Assembly (NCBI GenBank): GCA_965644295.1
Contig: CBFFRP010000310.1
Location: forward strand, 1-36,106
Length of the DNA: 36,106 nucleotides
DNA from: Paraphysomonas bandaiensis
Lineage: Eukaryota > Protista > Chrysophyceae
Direction of reading: 5' to 3'
Part shown: one piece after another, positions 1 through 12,000 of the stretch
Layout of the letters: every line of letters starts with the position of its first letter
Position numbering within the stretch: position 1 is the first letter of the stretch
The notes under the pieces: model-generated
The model's database searches: none
The model's input: the letters and a program-made list of their open reading frames with translations, nothing else
What the model was told of the DNA's origin: nothing
Position numbers and translations under genes: made by a program

Positions 1-343
1 CTCCAATCGTCTCATATGAACACTCGTGTGCATACGAGGGACATGGCGTTGTATGTGTTAGTTGATTGGGTGTGTAGTTATTGAAGGAATTAGTGTTGAC
101 GGTCATATGTTAACTGTGTACAACATATATAGTCATCACAGAACCAATTCACGCCACACATACTATCTCATGATACAAGAAACAGCCCTCACATGCACAC
201 ATAATCATGCATATGATGCAGCAACAAACTGACGAGAAGGTGTTGAGCATAGCAAGCGGGGCTTTCGTGATGCCAACAGTAACCTACAAACCTTATTAAA
301 ATGATTATAGTATGCTATCATCATGATGTAATAGAAGTATATA

Positions 344-791
344 ATATGGCATACATATACAAACTATGAAGGTCTACACAACTGCACAAGTGTACGACAT
401 AGTGAATCACCACTCACTATGGGTACCGAATGTGCCAGGACCAAACACAGCTTTTATATACGAGAGCACAATGGATAGGCATATCAATGTCTACACAACT
501 GCACAAGTGTGACACCACAATGAATCGCCACTCACTGTGGGCACCGAATGTGCCAGGACAAAGAAAGCTTCTCCATAACAGATACGTAGCACGACATGCA
601 ACAATATATGGCATACATATACAAACTATGAAGGTCTACACAACTGCACAAGTGTACGACATAGTGAATCGCCACTCACTATGGGTACCGAATGTGCCAG
701 GACCAAACACAGCTTTTATATACGGGTACAATGGATAGGCATATCAATGTCTACACAACTGCACAAGTGTGACACCACAGTGAATCGCCAC
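344..791. repeat. Higher-order tandem repeat, ~262-bp period (1.7 copies), built from two related subunits
   Basis: ATATGGCATACATATACAAAC starts at 344 and 606. The core GTCTACACAACTGCACAAGTGT occurs four times (~372, 489, 634, 749), each followed by a TGAATC(A/G)CCAC motif. Confidence 0.92.
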
Positions 792-1059
792 CCAGTGGAT
801 CGAGCTCTGCAGCATCCTGGAGTGCATCTGTACTATATGTGTGCTCAAGAGGTGTGGTTCACACAATAACAAACACCCCTCATTCATAAACCACACCTCT
901 TGTGCACTTTCATCAATAGTTAGAACCAGAAGATACTCCCACTATCTGGTATCAATATATCCATATTTGTGGTTAATGGTGTCCATATATATTATTAAAA
1001 TAATTTGCTTCAGTGCGGTGTGGTGTGGTGTGCTGCACTCCACCCTACAAACACTGCTG

Positions 1060-1272
1060 AGTGCTGGGTGAGTTGGGTGTTCGATGCTCGCTTCGGGCGG
1101 CCTATTTTTGTTCCAGTCCTTTTTCAATATACAGACCTCTATACAGCAGTATACCGCGGTTGATATGGGCCGAACTTAGGCCGGCCGGCTTGACTCCAAA
1201 ACCCGGCCGGCCTAAAATAGCCGAAGCCGGCCGGCCCGGCTACGGCCTAAATCGTATCGGCCACCATCACTA
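1060..1272. mobile_element. Probable terminus of a hAT-like DNA transposon (GC-rich subterminal repeats plus TIR)
   Basis: GC-rich island with clustered (G)GCCGGCC motifs (1179-1240) ending in CATCACTA, whose reverse complement TAGTGATG resembles hAT-type TIR starts. No matching second end or 8-bp TSD is seen. Confidence 0.4.
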
Positions 1273-1381
1273 GTTGACGGTCATATGGGACTGTTTTTTG
1301 GTTTGAGGTTTACCAGGTTTGTAGGAATACCACTCTTTTTTTAGTTCAACACTTCGACTTCACTTCACTTCATTCCATTGA

Positions 1382-1563
1382 GACTTTTTTCGACAAAGCG
1401 GACCAGTCTGGTCCCACTTTATTTTTTTGTATTGTGTTTTTTCGTATGGAACATGAGTGTAGAGCTTTGAAATTGTAGTCAAAATGAGTACAATTTTTTT
1501 ATTTCGAGTGGGACCAAATACAGTCCGACAAGTGAGGGCTGGTCCACTTTGTCAAAAAACGTC
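1382..1563. mobile_element. MITE-like element (~180 bp) with 25-bp terminal inverted repeats
   Basis: 1382-1406 GACTTTTTTCGACAAAGCGGACCAG matches the reverse complement of 1539-1563 (GACGTTTTTTGACAAAGTGGACCAG) at 22/25. An inner inverted pair GGTCCCACT / AGTGGGACC lies at ~1410 and ~1507. Confidence 0.6.
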
Positions 1564-1853
1564 ATTCATACTTCACTTCATTCATCATACACATGATGTA
1601 TATATACATATATTCCACTCATCCATAATATATACATACATACATAGCCTGAGACTCTAGTAATATCGCCATCATTTAGATCAAACTCTCTGCAGCGCAT
1701 CATAATCTCTCAGGCAGTTCGTTGCGCTATCTTCATCATTTCAATCTGCTTGCTGTGTGAGCTGTGGATTTGTTCGCAACAGGTATAGAGAATTTCAGTG
1801 CCCTCCACTCTCTGCTTATCGTGATATTGTCACCAACAGAACACAGCAATGGC

Positions 1854-2117
1854 GACTAGTTTGGCGGTAGTGTGCTTCGCGTCAGCAGGTTACAGCATCA
1901 GCTGACTAGTTTGACGGTAGTGTGCTTCGCGTCAACAGGTTACAGCATCAGCTAACTAGTTTGACGGTAGTGTGCTTCGCGTCAGTAGGTTACAGCATCA
2001 GCTAACTAGTTTGACGGTAGTGTGCTTCGCGTCAGCAGGTTACAGCATCAGCTGACGAGTTTTACGGTAGTGTGCTTCGCGTCAACAGGGTACAGCATCA
2101 GCTGACTAGTTTGACGG
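1854..2117. repeat. 50-bp minisatellite, ~5.3 copies
   Basis: Unit GACTAGTTTGACGGTAGTGTGCTTCGCGTCAGCAGGTTACAGCATCAGCT repeats head-to-tail at 1854, 1904, 1954, 2004, 2054 and 2104 (partial), with a few substitutions per copy. Confidence 0.97.
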
Positions 2118-2819
2118 AAAGTGTGTATTGTTATTCGTGTATTGTGTATATATAATATATTATATTGATTAAAATATATATTATATAATCACAATAATAA
2201 CTTAAATGTCTTCTGGAAACAGCCTACCAGGCACGCTGTTGCGTCATATGTGTCATTATATGTTGTTGCGCTTGTGAGGGGTGTACTGTATTTACCGTGC
2301 GTTGAATGGTACATTCTTGGACGACGCGCAGGACAGTATGATCGATTGTATGAAAGAGGTGACAAAAAGAATACATAGCAGCGGAAGCAGTATTTTCTTG
2401 ATAAGTGCCGATCGTTTGAGTGTCGTGTAGCTGTGTTCGGGAAGTACAAGCTAAATTATTGCTGGCACTGGGACACTTGCCACGCGCGTCTGCGACAAAG
2501 TTTTCTGAGTGCCTACTGTATCTCGAAGTGGTACTTTGATAATATATATATTATATTGTGTCAATGATGAAGGCAGGTTATACTTGTGTAACTACTTCCT
2601 TCAACGATCGTTCCGCGATACCTTCGACCAAAGACTTGTTGAAATTTGCTGATTCGTATGACATGGAAGTGTTTGGAAATGTAAAAACGCTTAATAGTGA
2701 GTCTTCACACACAAGGAGGGAGGGCGCAGGGCTATCTTCTAGTGTGTTCTTCTCTTATTGCTGTAGCATGGATATTGTACTTTCTCAGTTTAGTTGGCGA
2801 TTGTCCTCTTTGTGGTACC

Positions 2820-4425
2820 GAGGAAGGTCACCTTGACCAATCCACAAAGCACAGCATCTACGATGAATACGGTAATGATATGTGTGCCTTTGGTAGTAGC
2901 AAAGATCTGCTTTCTAAGCGCTCCTTTTTAGACTGTGGTGAAATGTGTACAAGCACGTCAAACATCGAGTTCAAGCAAAGTTGTGGGAGTGCAGTGTATG
3001 TTCCGCTTTATCCGAGTTAAGGAGGGACAACGGAGGGCGCAGGGAGGTTACCATTCCCATACCCACGAGAATATATATGTTCTCTTTTCCCTTATATGAC
3101 GGAACTATCTAAAGCACAAACACTGTCTCAGTCCAGATTAGTTCGAAGATGTTATCTAGTCCGCGTTGCAGTACGAGGGCAAACTTGAAGTGAAGTATAT
3201 ACTTTTCGGTTTATTTTCGACGGGTTTGTTGACCCAAAGGTTAAACTTTTCGTAAAGGAGGTATGGGTTCAGCTGCAGTTCATTTTTGAAAGAGTGGAGC
3301 CCTCGGAGAGGTATGAGCATGGTGTGAAAGCCACTTGGCGGCCGTATGGAAAAGACGAAGTGGTTGAGATTGTGGATGACCCTGACCAAGATTTGATCCC
3401 TAAGCTTACCAAGGTCAACATTCAACCTGCTGATGAAAACCCTCGCTTCAATTTTTTATTGCGGTTACCACGAGAGGCTAAAGTATTTAAGCCGGAGCCT
3501 TTTGTTGCGATGAGTAGGCAACATGCATTAGCTTGCTCATACAAGATGATTCAATCCTACACTGGTAAGAATCCTGCTGTGGTGGATAATTGGGCGCGGT
3601 GGAGAGAGACGATGTGTTGCCACAGTCTGATGATGCAGATGAATACGTAGCCGAGCATCCCATGTACATTCCCTTCAAGGACCAACTCTTCTCTGGTAAT
3701 CCAGTTCCAGAGAGGAGTTCATTAAAAAGAGCAGAGCATGCACAACCCTCGATGGCGTAACTCTTCCCCCAATGAGAGTTGTCGAGAGTACAACAAGCAG
3801 TCTGTGTCACGGGGAAGCCCAAACCTTCTTCCAAAAAAACGAGACACCTGCTCGACTTATAGTCCGTGAGAGGGATGGTTCCGTGCCATCTCAACCAAAG
3901 GAGGCCCGGGCAGGAATAATTGTTATTACCCAGAAGACTCCAAGAAAAACGCAGACGAAGAAGGGGTATTCATCTGGCAAGAAGAAGGAGTCAGCGACAA
4001 AGAAGAAGGGCTCTTCTTTCAACTCTGACCTGACTACTAGTGACGATATTGATGGTTTTGTTGCGGATGTCGAAGACGAGGAAGAAGAGTCAGAATATGA
4101 GGAAGAAGAAAAGGAGGGAGTTCGAAACTTTGAACTTGGTGCCGTGATTCAGAACATGCATCGCCTTCGCGGGACTATCACAGCTTGTCATGACGATGGA
4201 TCCTATGATGTGAAGTACAAAGACTGTGGAACCGATGAGAATGTGTCTTGGAAGTTGCTGTTCCCTCCTCCGGCTCCTCGAAAGAGTACTTCTAGTAAGA
4301 AAGGTTCGTATGAAATTATTGTTGTTCTGGATGACTACAAGGGGGTGGATACTGGGGCTGTTTCTTCCGCCATTCACTCTGTATCCGGCAAGCGCAAGCG
4401 ATCGAATGTAAATTATAAAATGTGA
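2820..4425 (+). pseudogene. Degenerate DUF7869-like putative DNA transposase with a C-terminal Tudor-like domain
   Basis: Manual translation from ~3058 gives HTHENIYVLFSLI*RNYLKHKHCLSPD*FEDVI*, resembling the GHTHEDID..FS motif of DUF7869-type proteins. Upstream STKHSIYDEYGNDM and downstream broken frames (3294-3650, 3772-4425) carry stops and frameshifts. GTITACHDDGSYDVKYKDCGTDENV near 4170-4245 is Tudor/Agenet-like. Confidence 0.55.
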
Positions 4426-5129
4426 ATTGGCTTGGGACTTTTGTATGATTATATGATATATATAATATTATATTGTTTAACGTGTTTTATATATATGAAT
4501 TCTTACGTATATTATTATAGTTAATAGTTATATATTGTGGTAATTATAATGCTTGTATCGCTAATTTTGTTTTGTAAATAATGAACAAATATAATGTTTT
4601 GAGCAGTAGAAACAAGCTACAAACATGTTAGAAAGAATCTAGACATAAAATACAAACTTTTAGGTGATAGCTTATTTGACCTGGTCATTGCCTTCCTCGG
4701 ACTTTTAATCATCTTCTACCACTTATCTCATGTTATTACCTATACTACTTCATCTTGGCCCTCATATCACAACAACATTATAATCCACCATTTCCACTAC
4801 ACCCAAGATTGCTACATGAGAATTGTAAATTATAACTACATATTAACAAGAGTACAACTGTATACTACTGTAATAAGCGAAAGTTGACCATATATGTCGT
4901 TGTCCTCGTACTAGCCCACCACAAATTGGATGCTCTTCCACCTTACATTGTTGTACTTCATTGCGTTCCACTAACATGTATACTACTGCTCAATGCTACT
5001 CATTAAGGTATGTGGTATCTAAATAAAAAAACATAAGATAATGTTACCACGTAACCGTAGAGATCGAGTATGTGGATTGGAAATTTATTACAGAGTTGAA
5101 ACCAGTGCAGAGAGACACTATGAATAGAT

Positions 5130-5569
5130 CTATGAGCTCTTCTTCGCAACAGTACCTACGGAACATATAATATTAAGTATACAAATACACATTCACCATA
5201 AAATTCATCCTACCCTCACGGAATCCATTCTTGAAGCGTCTTGGGAGGTCCTTTAGGTAACGCATTCTGCCGGTTCCGGTAGTGTTGCGACGCTTGGCTT
5301 TCTGACCCCATTCAACTGTTAAAAAGACTTAATCAGAACTAATTTTCAAAATGGTAACCACTCACAGTGGCGTCTCTTAGCGCCAGGGTACCCACATGAT
5401 GCACAGAGGGTCTTCTGCTTGTGGAAAGAAATTTTGCCACAGCGTCTGCATGCGGTGTGGGTCTTGGTGTGTCTTTTACCGAAACTCTGAGTTCCTTTCG
5501 TCTATGCGAGAATCAAATTATATAAATAATAGCAAACAGAGGGAAATATCATGTATTGCTTCTTACCAT
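5130..5569 (-). CDS. RPL37: 60S ribosomal protein eL37 (88 aa, 4 exons: 5569-5567, 5501-5366, 5315-5214, 5155-5130)
   Basis: Spliced translation [88 protein letters not shown]. It has the C4 zinc finger and [10 protein letters not shown] signature of L37e, and three frame-consistent GT-AG introns (65, 50, 58 bp). Confidence 0.98.
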
Positions 5570-5971
5570 GGTCTTATTACACTATTTCCACTCCACTGTT
5601 TAATAATCAGAACCAGTTCAGAGAAAGCAGCAACAAATATTTATCAACCAACACACCCATGTCTCATTTCCAACCTTGAATTATAGCGATCTTGAACCGG
5701 CAGATCGAATAATTTCAGTTTCTATAACATAACTCATTGATGCTGCTGACATTTCTCAGCAGAATACTGTTGTATGATATACAACTGTAGGGGCAGTCGA
5801 ATACGTTTGTAGCCGTTGCTCTTCATTTGCTTTTCATTGACAACATCCATACCACAAGAACTGTTTGCAGTTTATTTCTCGAGCTATCGATATTGCTGTG
5901 GATTGGGCGATATTACGTGCATCTACATTAGAGAGCTGATTCTGAGTAAGGTAGACGACCGTGGTATTCTC
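5570..5971. promoter_or_regulatory. Short intergenic region / probable bidirectional promoter between RPL37 and the TPX2-like gene
   Basis: The two start codons diverge 402 bp apart. No specific promoter motif was identified. Confidence 0.5.
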
Positions 5972-8103
5972 ATGTCAGACAGTGTTATGAGTCATACATC
6001 CGAGATCGGGGAGCCAATTGAGTCATCGTCTAATACATTTAACTGCAGTCAAAATGACGGTACGTACTCAATGATTTATTCCTAGGATATCTCATATTGA
6101 AATATTCATGGACAGAGCCCGATAGCTCGGTGCAGGCTCAGGTAGATTCCCCCACAGTGGCCACTGAGGATATACGTGTAGATAACGAAGAACTTAGGGC
6201 AACAGATGAAATACCGAAAATATGCAATATGAAACTAGGCTTCAATGTCGATGCCTCTGAATCTAGCCAGAAACGAGCACACCAAACGCCACGCCCTGAG
6301 TCCCGTTTGTTTCAGAATACTCGTTCTTCCTCTGCTAGAGCTATAGGAGGGTCCCTAAATACCAATGAAAAGACCAAATCTACTGCAGCGTCTATTGATA
6401 AGCGCTCTAAGAGTGCGGGGGTAAAGAGAAGGCCTACAGTCCCCATCGGACCCCAACTTAGAGTGGATTCTCGTGCAGGAAGACAAGTTCAGCTTAAGCT
6501 GTCAACAGAAGATATTGAATGCATTAAATTGGAAGAAGACAAGAAGAGAGTCGAAGAAATTATGAAACGAAGACAGAAAATGTTTCAGGTACTCAAGTCC
6601 AAGGGGAGTATTCCGACTACTGTAAGGTCTACCAAAGAATTGACGATTCCAACCACTCCGTACAGTCACATGGAAAGTCGCTTTGGGAAAAGAGAAGATT
6701 CTTTTCCTGCTCAAAAGGAGCAACCTAAAGATGAAATTCGTACTGTAAAGCGAAGCGGCCCAACACGCCCCCAGCCTTTTAATTTTAGCACTGAAACTCG
6801 TCTAGCAGCGAGAAGTGAAATGTTGTCTCCTGCGGCCTCGACTTGCACTGCAGCCGAAATACTTCAGAAGTTTCATCAGGATCCCAGATCGCATGAAGTG
6901 CCAAAAGCGCGTCGAAGTGTGACGCAACCAACTAGTCCACGCCTTCAAACAAAGACACGATCGAAATCATGTGGTCGTGTGCGTCCTCCCAGCAGAGAAG
7001 AGTTGGAGGAGGCAGCTATGCGAGAAGCTCAGAGCCACGCATTCCATGCAAAGCCTGTAAACAAAAAAATATTTGAAAGTATGGGCGAATATGGAGTTCC
7101 GCGAGTTCAGGCCAAAGAATCCACACAACCAACTGAATTTCGTCTAGCCAGCAACCTCAGAGCTTCCATGAGATCGTCACAGAAGCCTGTCGAGGAAGAG
7201 CAACAGCAGGAATTCAAAGCTCGGCCGATGCCTAATTTCAAGGATGATCCCCGAACAAAAATAAAGCGTAAGGAATCACGTACCACCGAAGCCCATTCTC
7301 CAAAACTGAGTGGAGGAACGCGTGCCTCGTCAGCACCAGCCAGGAGACAGAGACCTAGTCATGTCCAGGTAGAAAAAGAAAAAGAGGCGCTGGCGAAAAA
7401 GTGGATCGAGGACGGAAAGCGATTGTTATGTCTCACAGAACCGGAAGAGTTTCAACTCAAAACATCTGTTAGAGGTTTGGCTGCAAAGGCTAAGTTTGAC
7501 AGTAAAATGGTGCGTGAAATGGATGAGCAACGAGTAGGCGCTGAAGTTCGGGCACGACCCTTCCCTGAAAAAATATTCAAGAAGAGTTTTACTCCAGCAC
7601 ACTCATCAAAACCTCTCACTGAGATAGAAGAATTTCATCTGGCAACTGATGAAAGACACTTGAAACTGGCATCAAAGTTAAATGATCAAAAGGAAAATAC
7701 TCTTGATAACCAGTTTCATGCAATTCCTTTGCCTAAATCCACGTATGAACCTGATTTTACAGTGTCGCTCACTCCAAGGAATCCCCTAATACCCAAAAAT
7801 ATAAACCTCCAAACAGATGCGAGGGCCGTTCAGAGGAAGTCATTTGACGATTCTGTGGAATTAATCAAAGCAGAGCAGTGTAAAGCCAAGGAAAAGGAAG
7901 AGATAGAGAGAAAGCGTGAAGAAGAGCGAATTATTAAGAATTTGCGTCGTCTACCAGTGGATCAGGGTGGTTTGTCCTTTAAAGCCTCCCCCGTTCTTAC
8001 TGAGGATCCTTTTCCTTCTAAATTGGCCTCTACTCCGGCATTAACTGAACCTGTGTCACCCCAACTACGTACTGCAATGCGAAATAGAATTAACCAAGTT
8101 TAA
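5972..8103 (+). CDS. TPX2: TPX2-family microtubule/spindle protein (exons 5972-6059 and 6116-8103)
   Basis: Repeated TPX2-type motifs (LTIPTTP, PTRPQPFNFST, TQPTSPRLQTKTR, FHAKPVNKKIF, FKARPMPNF, TEPEEFQLKT, LTEIEEFHLATDER, LTEPVSPQLRT). A 56-bp GTACGT...GACAG intron (6060-6115) joins ATG 5972 in frame to the 668-aa ORF. Confidence 0.82.
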
Positions 8104-8464
8104 CGTGTTTTACGGAAGTATAAGGTTGCTCTGTGATAAACACGCAAGTTGTTATCAAGCTCTAATAGATTGAGGAAACACAAGGTTTAACAACTCAAAA
8201 CAATAATCAATATTACAAGGGTACATAATAAAAAGCTACTATCATATTAAGTGAAAGTCATTCTAAATTTATTGCTTTGAAATTTTTTATCTCCTATCAA
8301 CTATCTATGGTTTCTGACTGAGAGAGGGAACAAGATATAATATTGCAATAACATATTGAAAGTCTTGTTATTTAGCAGTAGGCGTTGAAAGCCGGCACCC
8401 ATTAGTGGCTAGTGGAATGCTAGTCATACTAGTTAGACTACTACCCGTAACTAATCAATGCAAA

Positions 8465-8585
8465 CTCTTTTATCCTACTATTTGACGCTACAGAAGCTAC
8501 TTGTGCGACGCCGCAAGCACCAAGGTGCAACCACTTCCGTTCTTTTGTGAGTATAAATTAATTCGCCATTAACGTGGGTCCTGGA
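8465..8585 (-). mobile_element. 3' end (last codons and 3' UTR) of the LINE that was interrupted by the Copia insertion
   Basis: Removing 8586-13895 joins the LINE ORF ...RQGVQ to D-P-R-stop (TAA at 8571-8569). The motif TATCCTACTATTTGACGCT (8471-8489) recurs at 18/19 next to the LINE at 36051-36069. Confidence 0.6.
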
Positions 8586-8878
8586 TAACAGAAGTTGACA
8601 TTATTTGCTAAGGTTTACTATTCTCAACTGATAAGATGAAATTATAAACATTACATGATAAAGAACCTAAGTTGTGTTCGATGTGTTCAACACCATTCAT
8701 TTACTACTATAGTCTACAAACCACACACTCAGTGATCGTATCCTGTATAGTCACCCACTTCTACTTCAGTTTCATACTACACAATATAATGTACTAATTA
8801 CATATATATCTTTCGATCCTTGCATCTCACATAATACTGCACTCAATTGCAAGTATATAGAATCTTCAGATCTCAACA
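8586..8878 (-). repeat. 3' LTR of Copia element
   Basis: Direct repeat of 13598-13890, reading TGTTGAGATC...TTCTGTTA on the minus strand. It is preceded by the PPT TTGAGGGGGAG (8889-8879). Confidence 0.96.
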
Positions 8879-9002
8879 CTCCCCCTCAATTGAGTGTTGT
8901 ACTATGACGCCTCCCAGCTATTGAATGCCTGAGATAAAAAAATTCTTGACAGTAAAATAGACTCATCTCTAAGTCTAAACCTCTGTCTAAAAAACTCAGT
9001 AC

Positions 9003-12000
9003 CTACTTGCGTCTTCTTTTATCCCTTGGTCCCTCATTAATCACTTCAGTGGAACTCTTAATTTTCTCTCCAAGATTTCTCTTTCTCTGCTCCATATATA
9101 ATAAACCAACCAATAATGACTTTGTATAAATATCTGCTGCTTGTTGCGATGTATGCACATACACTAACTTAATCGTATTGAACTGATTGGGATCCACGTG
9201 CTCTCTCACCATGTGATGCTTAATCTCAATGTGCTTCGACTTCTTGTGAAACACTGGGTTTTCGGCCAAATCCTGGGCACTCTGACTGTCGATGAAGAAT
9301 GGTGTGGGTTTGATGAGCCTCAACTTAATCTCACCCGTCACCCCCCGAACCCATAGCACTTCTTGGAGACCCGAGTAAATACACTGATACTCAGACTGCA
9401 TGCTTGACGTTGCCACTGTCGTCTGCAGTTTGGACTGCCAGACTATAGGCCCTCCCGCTGCAAACCCAACGTACCCCGACGTGGACTTCCTGGAGAGCTG
9501 GTCTCCCGCCCAATCCGCGTCAGTAAACATATGGAAGTCAAACCGTCTACTCCCATATTGAATCCCTTTGTCAATAGAACCACGAATATATTGCCATACG
9601 TGTGTTAGTAGCTTGCATACTTCAATATTCACCTTATTACTGAACCGAGACAGTACTCCCACTGCATAGGCAATATCCGGCCTCGTGTTCATCGATAGAT
9701 ATAGTAATGCACCTATCAGCGGCCGATATGGGAAGTTATCTACTATAAGCTGTTCCTCCTCGGTATGCTCATGCCGCGCCCCTTTTGCCACTAAATCCAT
9801 TGCTTCCGCCGGTAGAGGACTCTTCCGTACCTTTCGCGGTGACCCAAGATACTTTTCAAACTTTTCTAAGATCTTAGCCGCATATACTGATTGGTCAAGA
9901 CGAATATACTCTGGCGTTCTTGTGACTCGAACATTCAGAAAATGTTCCATCTCGCCCATATCCTTCATATATCAAACCGGGCACACAGTTGAGCTTTAAT
10001 ATCCTTCACTATGTTGACATCACGACCTAACACTAGGATATCATCCACATATATCGTTAATAATATCAATTCATCGCCCTTATACTGATAATACAAACAC
10101 GGGTCTAATACACATGGTTTAAAATGCATAGATCGTATGAATTTATCCAATGTTTTCCACCACGACCGCGGGGAACTCCGAAGCCCGTATAACGACTTCT
10201 TCAGCTTAAAGCAGTACCCCTCAGGCAGCTGAAAGTCCGGAGTTGCCTTCATATATACGTCCCCCTCTATATCTGCATATAGAAATGCGTTAGACACATC
10301 CAGTTGATGAATTACCATGTTCATCACGAAAGCTATGGCGATTAACAGTCGCACTGTTACCCCCTTAACAACGGGTGCGAAATGGTTCGCCCAACCACTC
10401 GACTGCTGTCCACAACCGATTGCTACAAGACGAGCCTTATATCGGCGGACCTCTCCCTCCTTATCGTACTTCTTTCCATAGACGTACTTGGAGTTCAGTG
10501 GGACGACTCCGTCCGGTATACGAGTCACCTCCATGGTATCTCGCTTCGCCAAACCCTCTCGCTCTACACGGCGAGCTCGTCTCCACTCCCTGTGCTCGGC
10601 ACTCTCCAAGGACTCACGATGTGTCTGAGGCACTGTCGACTCTTCCGCTGACATCCACACTGAGTCTGCCTCCTGTAAAAGGTCACTCACATCACTCTCA
10701 TCACTCAAATGATGGATTTGTCCTAACACCGACACATTCGTTACCGTCCTTGGAGTTCTTGCGCGTTTGCCGTGCGGATGATTCTCGGCAGGGGTCCCTT
10801 CCCCCGAAGGTAATGCTGAGTCAGCCTGGGGCTGCACCTGCCCACTTTCCGACTGCTGTGGCACCACTCCGCTGATACCGCCGTCACGGTTGTCAGTAAA
10901 ACTCTGGCCCTAACCACCCTCTGCGCAAGATCCTCTGTCATCTTCTTGATGTCAGCAATATGAATAGGAGTTTTATCCTCCACTTGAACCTGGTTACCAG
11001 TAACCAACGACCGGTATCCCACAATAAGTCCCTTTCTTATCACCACTCTGTTAGTCTTGTATAGCAGACCACCATCCTCATGGTGCTTTCCGATAAGATA
11101 CTCAAACTCACCCGGTTGACGAGCCTCGGGATCTATAGCCACTTGAGCCTCCTCCAGCTCTCTATAATAATCCTGAGACCTCTCAGGTACCGATTCATCA
11201 AATAATACATGTACAGAGTGTACTACGGTGTCCCCCACTAGCACCTTGTATCCTTTTCGATCAGCTGGATACCCTATGAAATAACCTGTCATTGCTTTGT
11301 CCTCCCAGTCCTTCCTCCTGTCGGCCTTGGGTGTTAGAACATATGCTTTGCACCCCCATTTCCGTAGCCACGATAGGCTGGGAACGCTCCCCCCTGGGAC
11401 ACACTCATATGGAGACATCCATCCTTGCCACGTCCGAGTTGGCATTCGTCGCACAATGTAACATGCAGTTTGATAAGCATCAAACCAGAACGACTTTGGA
11501 AGTCCGGATGCCGTCAACATCGTCAGTGTCATCTCCCCAATTGTTCGGAATTTCCTCTCAGACACCGCGTTGAGCTCTGGCGTGTCTCGTGTTGTATGTG
11601 ACACCCGAGTCCCATATCGCTGCAACAGATACTCTCTTATCTGCTGACTAATAAGTTCGGATCCTCCATCGGCATGATACTCCACTATACGGTTCCACCC
11701 CTCGTACTTCACTAAGTGGACCTCGCACAAGAAGTGTCGTAGACATTTGAACACCTCCTCTCCGCTTCGAGTCCTCAAACCATATTCCCATATCATCTTT
11801 GTTGCCACGTCCGTAAATAGGAGCACGTACTTTTATACCCTTGTCTGGATTCACAATTGAGGTAGACTGAGATGTCCGCTGTCACTCTTTCCAGAAACCT
11901 GACTGCGCTTAGCTCTTCGTTGTCCCGTGATTTGAACGAATGCCTGGTTATCTTCGCCTTGGCACACCATTTACACAGGGGTTTCTTGCAACTCTTCTCC

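Noticed and set aside
344-791. CRISPR-like array (22-bp core repeated four times)
   Set aside because: The intervening sequences are themselves duplicated and related, there are no cas genes, and the context is eukaryotic. It is a higher-order tandem repeat.
1240-1273. Helitron 3' end (GC hairpin plus CTAG)
   Set aside because: CTAG is followed by T as expected, but the GC motifs form a dispersed subterminal array rather than one short hairpin, and no 5' TC end or RepHel was found. A TIR end fits better, though Helitron is not fully excluded.
1854-2117. CRISPR array or coding repeat
   Set aside because: Units are contiguous with no unique spacers, and the 50-bp period is not a multiple of three.
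5396-5686. 96-aa plus-strand Cys-rich ORF
   Set aside because: Antisense shadow of RPL37 exon 2.
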